64,000 bases of DNA from assembly GCF_006345805.1 (NCBI RefSeq), contig NC_043012.1, positions 46,810,001 through 46,874,000 of the forward strand. The letters run 5' to 3'. Below the pieces are notes generated by a model. It saw nothing but the letters and a program-made list of their open reading frames with translations. It was not told the DNA's origin and did no database searches. Made by a program: the position numbers and the translations under genes. The DNA comes from Octopus sinensis (Eukaryota). Below, piece after piece: positions 54,673-64,000 of this stretch; within the stretch, counting starts at the first letter, position 1, and each line of letters starts with the position of its first letter.

Positions 54673-55979
54673 TGCAGCCCGGGCGGCTGGGGATATTTGT
54701 CTCCCCTTCGTAAATGTATATAAGGACACAGGAAAAATGTGTCAAAGCCATCAGGAGGCGTCGATGCTTCCTAGGGCTAAACAGCGGTGGTGTACCCCCC
54801 CCCCTACTGTCACGTTCGTGTTAGATTGACAGTATACAACCATTCTATCGCCCCACCACCGTACATGTCTCTACGAGAGATTTAGAAATTTAGTATTTCT
54901 GCGGTTATTTAATGTTTTCCGTAAACAGATGTGTTCAGCAACTTCAAATTTCCTAACAATACTGATCATTGCAGTCATTAATTAATGTTTTTGACAGAAT
55001 ATTATTTGTAGCACTATAAACATAGGTAATACTCCTAACAAGTGTTAAAAATATTTGCAAGACTTAAATGGAGCATGTAATGCACCAGTTAAATTGAAAT
55101 TGTAAGTTCAAATGTAACACTGTATTATAATGGTTTTCCTTACTACAGCGCAGCCCATATTCTGTGATTATGAATGAGTATGAGTTAAGATTCTCCCTTT
55201 GATCTTGCCGTTGGTGAATTGCAGGCATTTTAGCCGACATATATTTTGATTAGCTGGTACTTTGAAGTGCCTGCTTGTGCATCTACAGTGATGGAATGCA
55301 TAGCGAAGAATATTTAAAGTTAAACAAATATAGGTCTTAGGTATGAGGTTCTTTTTTATGCACTACACAAACTCTAAGATAAAACCTGTTGAGGGTACAT
55401 ATCATAGCGTTAAGACAATTGCATATGAGAAGAGGTTAAAAACGCTCTTCTGCTGAAATGCTCGGCTTCTAATAGTGAATAACAGAAACAGTGGTGGTTT
55501 TGTTAACATTGCCGATGAAACACATACATATAATCTTTTATTTAGTCATGGACAGTTTATTCAGTATGTTGATAAAGCACAAAAGCGGTGAAACATCGAT
55601 GTCTATCGTTCTTGGATGGGATTTGGAGTGAGCTCTCCCGCTCGTCCATGACTTTCAGCTGTTTTAAGACACGACGCTTTGAGAGAGTCATCTCCACCGC
55701 GACATACGCAGCCTACCGACGAACAAACAGCGTACTTACAATGAGCATGTGCTCGATAATATTTACGCTACTAGCACTGCTTCTAATTCATGTTTAAATA
55801 TATTTACACACACATATACACACACACTCACAAACACACATTCACACACGCTCTCACACACACACATATATATGTATATATATGTATGTATATATATGTG
55901 TGTGTGTGTGTATGTATATATATATATATATACATACATACATACATATGTATATATGTATGTGTGTGTATATATATAT

Positions 55980-56012
<33 letters not shown>

Positions 56013-57848
56013 GTGTATGTGTGTGTGTGTGTGTGGTGTGTATACTTTTAATCCATAATTTAAGCAAACAAAGCATATAATTGAATAAATGTTTCTCTGC
56101 TGATTGTCAAATACAGCAGCAGATATACCATGGGAACCAGGTATTGTCAAACATGTCTCACGTATATTAGATGCGAAGATATGTAACCTGTAGATAAACA
56201 TCCTTATCACTTAGAATGTATTTAGTAATCAAACGACAGCAATATCACGATTCTTTTTACTTTTCCATTGTCAACACTGCTCATCCAGTATCGAAGGATG
56301 AAAGAAACTTAGAAAAAATATTCTGGTTCACTGTAAATATGTTTAATACATTTAAACATATTTCGTTCCCATAAAGTAATATATTTCAGTACACACAACA
56401 ATATTGCTTTTATATAGATGATGCAATTGCCGGAAGATTACATCAAGAGCATTGGAAATATAAACTAGCATACCATGGTATGCCGTATCAATTCTGAAAA
56501 TGATGCAAGAACATCTCGATATTACACATTATATTGACTGCATTTTACACATGATATTAGCATGAGATAGTCATTTCCAATACTTTTATCAAAATATTGG
56601 TTTGGTTTTATCGTTGAGAGAACATAACTGCTGAAATCATTCACTAAGCAACGTGATGAGAATAACAATCATAACACGGATGCACATTAGCATAAAATCA
56701 TAAATATAAACATACATAAACGGATATATACATATATGAATTATACATATATGCATGCATATTTGTGTACATCAAGAAAAATATTGATATAAATGTACGT
56801 ATATATGTGTTGTGTGTGTGAGTAGGAGTGTATGCATATATACATGCATACATGCATACATATATATATATATGCATGCATATATATCTATATCTATACA
56901 TACACACACACACACACAAACACACACTCACATACATATATGTATGTATGTATGTATGTATGTATTTATGTATGTGTTTGTGCTTGTGCGTATATAGATA
57001 GATAAATAGATAAATGAAAAGTTATAGATATAAATAACAACGTATATGCATACTTATATACATAGACATACGTACGCGCGCGTGTGCATGTGTTTGTGTA
57101 TGTATAGCACTGATGCATAATATTCTGGATTGGAAATGAATCATAAAACCAATATAAATACATGATGAGAACATATTAAGTAAGTTCCCCTTTGATATTC
57201 AAGAACATATTACTGAAACAATAGCATTTGGGGGGAGGGGTGTAGCACGAATCATTTAAGTGTTCATTCATTACAAACATTGGATATATTTACTTTAAAT
57301 GTAACACAACTCCCCAGTTAAACCTGAAGAAGGGAACTTCTGAAGTAATATGGTTCCTTGTAACTATTTCCTAGGAATTAGGAAGGGATATATTCACCGA
57401 AATTGATACCGACATAAATTAATTTTGATCAACGCATGTTGTTCACTCTTAGGGGTATATTATGTTATATGGAAATAATTATACGAGTTTTAATAAATTA
57501 TGTATATTTATAAACACACATACACAAACACACTCGTACACACATACACACACATACATGCACGCACACACAGTCACACATACACGCATATATATGCAGA
57601 TCACTTGATACATGTAGTAAATATGACATCTAATAACGTCTATAAATGTCCGTTCCATCGACATTAAAAGGCACCGACAGCACACATATATACATACATA
57701 CGTACTTATGTACATACATACATACAGACACCCACCCACACAAATACATACATACATACATACATACATACATACATACATACATACATACATACATACT
57801 TATACACACACACGCTCGCGCGCGCACTCACATACATACACATATATA

Positions 57849-59471
57849 CAGTTGCGGTCAAAATTTTCAGAACGGCATTGTTTTCGTCAGAAAAGTAGGT
57901 ATAAGTTTTTATCAAAGTTGTTTTATATTCTATAATTTTCACAGACAATAAATACAATAATAATTATTATTGTCTGAGATTTTAGCGTAATTTGAGAGGA
58001 TAATACAAAAGTTATGGATGATTTAGTGATTGACTGCAAAACCCATGGCGGCCAAAATGATCAGAACAGTTGAAAAAATAACAAAATAATCAAAAATGAC
58101 AGAGAATACTGGAATTATTTAATATTTAGTGTGAAGCCCTTTAGCTTCAATCACACTTTGACCTCTTCGACTGCATGAGGAAATTAAATTTTCAATTTCT
58201 TGCTGGGTGATCTTATTCCATTCTTCCAGAATGGCATTCCATAATTGCTCAGTTATTTTAGGATTTCTGGCTTTCAAACGTTCTCCTAGAATATTCCACA
58301 CATTTTCAATAGGATTGAGGTCTGGGCTTTGAGCAGGCCAATCCATAACAATAATCTTTTCAGCCTTGAGAAAGTTCATGACCACCTTAGCCTTGTGACA
58401 TGGGGCATTGTCCTGCATGAATATGGGTGGCCGCTTAGTTGAATTTCTCAGCACAGGCAAGACACGATCTTTTACAAGTTGTTTATAAACTCCTGCATTT
58501 ACCTTTCCATGTAATCGCACCAAAGGGCCCAGACCATCTCCAGATATCATCCCCCGAACCATGTCACTTCTTCCACCGAATTTAACACTAGTCTTAAGGC
58601 ATTTAGGCGAGAATTTTTCACCTACTTTTCGACGAACGTACCTTTTCCCATCTGAGCCAAATAACATAAACTTAGATTCATCACTGGAAAGCAACGTTTG
58701 CCATTTTCCTTGAGACCACAACACATGTTCGGTTGCAAAGGTAAGACGACACTTTTTATTCTTGGAGTTGATCAGTGGCTTCACTGCAGGTGCTCTTGCT
58801 TGTAGGTCATGTTCAACTAAACGACGATACACAGTTTTTCGAGATAAAGTTTTCTTCAGTACAATGCTCATTTCCCGAGAAACAGCAGCAGCAGTTTTAA
58901 ATCTGTCCCTTTTAACCAACTTTACCATAGCACGATCTTCTCTCTTGGTCGTTTTTCTTAGCCTACCTGTAGACTTTCTTGCTTCACACGAACCACAAAC
59001 ATCGTAGACCTTAAGAATACCGTGAACAACACTTTTTCACTTGTTAACAGTCTTTGCAATAGACCCAATACTTAAATTATCCTTCTTTCGAAGCTTAATA
59101 ATCTGCTGACGAATTGGTAACGGAGTAAGTGGCATTATATTAACAAAGTACACTGCATATATTCTTACTAATGTGTAGTAAACTAACCGTCAGGTAAACA
59201 AATTTAAAACATTAGAGTTCACCGGTTAAATATACTAAAACACGGAGTAAAAGCAACCGTTCTGATCATTTTGGCCGCCATGGGTTTTGCAGTAAATCAC
59301 TAAATCATCCATAACTTTTGTATTATCCTCTCAAATTACACCAAAACCACAGACAATAACAATCAATATGGTATTTATTGTGTGTGAAAATTATAGAAAC
59401 AACTTTGATAAAAACTTATACCTACTTTTCTGACAAAAACAATGCCGTTATGAACATTTTGGCCGCAACTG
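57849..59471 (-). mobile_element. Tc1-family DNA transposon, 1623 bp, ~225-bp IR/DR-type TIRs, TA target duplication
   Basis: TA|cagttgcggtcaaaattttcagaacggcattg… at the left and …caatgccgttatgaacattttggccgcaactg|TA at the right. The inner DR ggccaaaatgatcagaac repeats the outer motif. Confidence 0.95.
58119..59135 (-). pseudogene. Tc1 transposase (DD34E), 338 codons with one premature TGA at 59037-59039
   Basis: MPLTPLPIRQQIIKLRKKDNLSIGSIAKTVNK*KSVVHGIL… reads in frame into ORF 58119..58928. Motifs SSDESKF, MQDNAPCH and WPAQSPDLNPIE, with 34 residues between D and E. Confidence 0.92.
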
Positions 59472-59593
59472 TATATATTCACACGCCTATACTTTCTATA
59501 CATTTATATATATACACACATATATGTGGTTCTTGTGTCGTCTCTGTGGTGTTTCATGTTCTTGTCCATGTCTGTAATTATTTTTACTGTTTA

Positions 59594-59638
<45 letters not shown>

Positions 59639-60919
59639 TTTTGTCTCATTTCATTATATGTGAATCCCCACAATTTTGCCTGCCGTTTGCATTGCCCCAC
59701 TCATCCGTCGCCCTAGTGGTAAAGAAAATAAATTATTGTTATTAATCTTGTTGTTTTTGTCTCTAGCTAGTCTACGTTTTGTAGCCGAAGAGAAAAGGGC
59801 CTGGCATTGGCAGAAAGTAGATGTGGTTGCTGTTACCTCTTATGTTGTTGATTTTGTTGTCGTTATTTTTATCTTTGTCCGAATTACCTTCAGAAGCTAG
59901 CTGCTGACACTGTGTATGTAGTGGTATATTGTTGTTGTTGTTGTTAATGGTTGGCTTGTTGTTAAGGTTACTGGCTTAACTTTGGAGGAGGAACAAAAGA
60001 TTGCTGGCCTACAGTTAGATATCATTGGTCTATAAATAGATTCAATAAAATGTAGGTAGGGAGGCAGGAAGCAAGTGCTCGTCCTCATGTGGTCAGCAAA
60101 GGTCAAAAATATGTGACTAGAGCAGCAACAGTTACTGCTACTGTGGTTAGTGAGAGTGAAGGTAGGTTTTGACCAAACAACGTTAGTGTGTTCTCTTTCA
60201 AATATCGTTGACCTTATATTTTCCAGAATAAATAAAGTTATGAGGTTTCGTAGCGGAGCAGTGTATTTTTGTCTTTTATTCTGTTATTTGTTTCAGGCAT
60301 ATGAGTGCGGTCATGCTAAAACAACGCCTTGGAGGAATTTTAGTCGAACAAATCAACCCCAAAACTTATTTTAGTTCTTTGTGGTTTACGTCACTGTTTA
60401 CAATTATCTTTAAAAATTTTTTATGTATCATAGATGTAATTTTTGGACGCTGAATCCGAATTTGTTATTCATTTATTCCAGAGCAATTTTTCCAAAAATG
60501 TTACAGATGTTCAAAGTTTGATAATTTTCCGCCAATCACAAAACAGCGCGTTCACTTACTTATCCATCATGGGGAGCAGGGAGGATCAGTATGTCTAAAC
60601 ATTGCTAGAAATAGCAGTTAAAACATTAAAATATAACATCAAAACATCAAACTACCAGTTTGTCATCACCCCTTCCTTCCTTATTCATTTATCATCCTTC
60701 CGTTATTCATCTTTTACCCCTTTGTTTCTCATTCATATATTGTGACGGAGAAGACAGAATTATATCTCCTTCTCCTCCTTCTGCGCATGAGTAGTACCTT
60801 TGGTTACTATGGGAACAAAGATTTTCGCCTGGCTGATGTGTAAAATACTCGCTTCTGATTGGTTAAAATACCCAAAAATTTGCAAGCTTTAAAGGCTAAT
60901 AACTTTTTATATATGGATT

Positions 60920-61110
60920 GCTGCTTGACTGGTCCCGCGCCGGTGGCACGTAAAATGCACAATTCGAGCGTGGTCGATGCCAGTGCCGCCTGACTGGTGC
61001 CCGTGCTGATGGCACGCAAAATCACCCACTACAGCCTCGGAGTTGTTGGCGATAGGAAGGGCATCCAGCTATAGAAACCTGGCCAGATCAGATTGGAGCC
61101 TGGAGCAACG
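60920..61110 (+). repeat. Common interspersed repeat (ggtggcacgtaaaa…ggaagggcatccagc…cagatcagattggagcc)
   Basis: GC-rich block with an internal duplication of gactggt…ggcacg(t/c)aaaat. Recalled as an abundant octopus RTE-associated repeat. Confidence 0.5.
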
Positions 61111-61292
61111 CCTTTAGTCGAGCACAACGACCCCAGAACTTATTCTTTTGTAAGCCTGGTACTTATTCTATCGGTCTCTTTTGCCGCACCGCTAAGTTAC
61201 GGGGATGTAAACACACCAGCAACGGTTATCAAGCGATGTTGGAGGGACAAACACAGACACAAACATGCACGCACACACACACACACACAGAG

Positions 61293-61339
<47 letters not shown>

Positions 61340-61488
61340 CATATATACGACAGGTTTCTTTCAGTTTCCGTCTACCAAATCCACTCACAAGGCTTTGGTC
61401 GGCCCGAGGCTACAGAAGAAGACATTTGCCCGCGGTGCCACGCTGTGGGACTGAACCGGGAACCATGTGGTTGGTTAGCAAGCTACTT
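61110..61488 (-). mobile_element. SINE family B body; its head lies at 63558-63591, split by an insertion
   Basis: Joining 61488 to 63570 restores a continuous SINE matching the 48055-48460 copy. Confidence 0.9.
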
Positions 61489-63557
61489 TATTTCATAAAT
61501 TTGTCATATAGACAGTACAAAGAGCTTTGCGGGGTGGACAAATACATTAATGGATGAAAATGAAATAAAATGAATAAATGAGAGACGAAACCCAACACCC
61601 GCCGATTGGATTTTTCTCGAAAATATATTTTCTTTTTTTTTCTTTTAATCAATATGATGTTTCGAACCTCTTACAAAGAGAAGGCTCTGAAACCTCTTAC
61701 TTAACATGTTTTCTTTTTTTTTTCTTTCTTCAAGCCCAAAATTGAGGTTATAAACCACTACAAAATAATCCAATAAGATGACGTTTCAAACCCTGTAATG
61801 AGGGTCTTTCACCTCCTACTCTTCGATATATCCATCGATTTATTCATCATTATCTTCAATGCCGCTTGAGTTCCTGTATCCCACCATTTCCCATGCCTCA
61901 CTCATGTAGGACATGTAAGTCGTGTGAGGGCCACCCGGCCATATGCGACACTCCTCCCCAAACCCTTTAAGCCTTTCCCACAAGGGAAACCTTATGACCT
62001 CCACAGCTATCTGCGGCGGCCATTCGAGATCCCGTGTGAAGGGCATATCTACTGTTTATTTATGTTCTTCTACTATTTTTCCACCTCCCCGCCCTTGTAG
62101 AAAAAGATAATTAATTGATCATCTTTAAGGGTGGGGGTGGTTTCTTCCACCGTGGGTGGCACAACTTCGGGACATGCAGTCGGCACATCATCTCCCCGCT
62201 GAGATGACCCATTCTTCTTCCTTCTTTTTTTTTTTTTTCTTCCTGGCTTCGGGAGAGTGGAGCTCTTCCGCTTTGTCCGGTGACTCTTCCCCGCCTTCCG
62301 AAGCCTTAGGTTCCTTCGGCGGGCAAATATTGTTGCCCGCCTTCTTCCTTTTTAATCCTTTTTGAGTTGAGGAGGCTGAAGCCTCCTCGACCACATCCAC
62401 CTCTCCCTTTGACCGGGTAGGGGAGGTGGCATCTAATGACTGTTCCAGGACCTTACCATGGTCCTGGAGGCAGTTCCTTTTAATGTGGCCTGGCTGCAGG
62501 CACGAGTGACACTTTGGGAGACGTCCCTCAAGTATCACCGGATACCTGCAGACAGCCATTTTCAAGAAGTCTGGAAAAACCAGTTCTGTAGCGGTCGATG
62601 GGGTCCATAGGGTCAAAATCGCTTTTGACCCTTCCCAATCGACCGCCGGCAATACTCTTACATTTAAGAGCCTGGGCCCGCCATCCCCCAGTCACCGTCG
62701 GATGGTATCTTCAATCCAATCCGCTTCGGTGCCCGGGGGAGCCCACATGCCCATGCTCGTATTAATTTTCTTCCACAATATGACGGGAGAAGTAGAATTT
62801 CCTTGCCTTCTAAAGGCTGACTCGAAAACTGGCGAGCCTTTTCCCGTTGTCAAACAGCAGCCATACGGTTGCATGTTTGACACCACGGGATATATATTTT
62901 ATAGAGGACAAATGTTCTTTAAGTTCATTTTTTATGACTAGTTTTGGGAAGACGGTGATGGAATTAAGAACTTTAGAATACGTTCTAAGTACCATCGTCT
63001 TCTCCTCCATATCTTTTAACCATTGCTTAGGCGGGTTAATTTCCCACTCTAAGACAGAGTTTTTCTTTTTAAGTTCCTTCTCTGCCATGTCAAAAAACAG
63101 TTCAAAAGTAGTTCAAAAGACAGTCTGCCAAAAAATTAAACCGAATAAAATAAAACAAAATAAAAGAGGAGGGGAGGAAACCGAAATTAAAATAATGAAA
63201 AGAATGAACCAAAATTTAGAAAGAAAGAAAAAATAGAAGAAGGGAAAAGTAAAAGAGAAACCTCACAAATAGCACACACAGGGAATCCTTTGTATAATAC
63301 TCCAAAAAGATAATCCAAAAGTTAATCCAAATGGTTTATTCTTATTTTTCTGGCGAGATACGCCCACTAGAATTCACAAGAAGAATTTTCAAAAAAAATT
63401 CTCATTTCACCGTTACGGTGATGAGAAGCCAGTATTTTGCTCACTATAGCTAGCCATAATTGACAATATTTCTTTTTTTTTTTTTTCTATTCGCGGAGCC
63501 GAAACTCACATCTGCTCACTGTAACAGTCCAGACCAACTAGTGTTGCATTCTGGGTA
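61489..63557 (-). mobile_element. ORF1-only non-LTR element (~2.07 kb) with 12-bp TSD AAGTAGCTTGCT
   Basis: agcaagctactt occurs at 61477-61488 and 63558-63569. The element encodes a frameshifted gag-like ORF1; no endonuclease or RT was found. Confidence 0.85.
62188..63088 (-). pseudogene. LINE ORF1-like nucleic-acid-binding protein with CCHC zinc knuckle (frameshifted)
   Basis: ORF pieces 62810..63088, 62692..62886 and 62188..62652. The last contains CHSCLQPGHIKRNC (CX2CX4HX4C) and a Lys/Glu-rich tail. Confidence 0.75.
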
Positions 63558-63587
63558 AGCAAGCTACTTACCACACAGCCACTCCTG

Positions 63588-63637
<50 letters not shown>

Positions 63638-63643
63638 ATATAT

Positions 63644-63696
<53 letters not shown>

Positions 63697-63861
63697 ACCA
63701 ATATGTGGAGAAACGAAAGACGAGCACACAACCAATTCATTGCGAGTTACATGTATGGATCAAAATAGTTTGATTCAAATTCGTTGGTACTCGTGAGTTT
63801 CAAGTGTGATGTTAGGCGTCGGACATTTTGAATTTTGAAATTTTAATCAAATTGTTTTGAT

Positions 63862-63899
<38 letters not shown>

Positions 63900-63923
63900 T
63901 ATATATATAATATATATATATAT

Positions 63924-64000
63924 AAATTTAAAATGAGGGTGAAAAATTGGATATTAATTTGATTAACGTCAATTTAAAAACAGTGGTCTTGCATATTAAA
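63924..64000 (+). repeat. Start of another copy of the 30581-30690 repeat end
   Basis: gagggtgaaaaattggatattaatttgatta…caattta versus taagggtgaaaaattagatattaattt…caattta, both after a (TA)n tract. Confidence 0.6.

Noticed and set aside
60020-60050. ATTGG next to TATAAATAG as a promoter
   Set aside because: The spacing is too short, there is no downstream exon evidence, and the motifs are common in AT-rich DNA.

Overview
This is AT-rich eukaryotic nuclear DNA saturated with microsatellites. From recalled SINE families it most likely comes from an octopus or other cephalopod (inference, not database-checked). I found no rRNA, true tRNA, CRISPR array or confidently identifiable host gene. Most entries in the ORF track are translations of (TA)n, (CA)n, (TAGA)n, (CATA)n or (ATT)n repeats. 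The window is a transposable-element graveyard: two tRNA-derived SINE families, R4/Dong-like and RTE LINE fragments, a decayed Penelope-like element (RT plus GIY-YIG-like region), a near-intact 1.6-kb Tc1 DD34E element, mariner, MULE and Helentron-like relics, and a 760-bp tandem duplication. Three things stand out. (1) Three unrelated fold-back structures (17.2-18.1, 30.7-31.4 and 48.8-49.5 kb) carry hammerhead-ribozyme-like motifs on both arms, pointing outward; one family has a compensatory G3-C8 core swap. (2) A highly structured ~270-nt retrozyme-like segment contains a type I hammerhead (54.6 kb). (3) An ORF1-only LINE derivative is inserted with a 12-bp TSD into the tRNA-like head of a SINE, and a related 3' end sits at the identical SINE position at 34.9 kb, suggesting SINE-targeted retrotransposition. 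A few low-confidence minus-strand exon candidates suggest this may be intronic DNA. Coordinates of decayed repeats are approximate.
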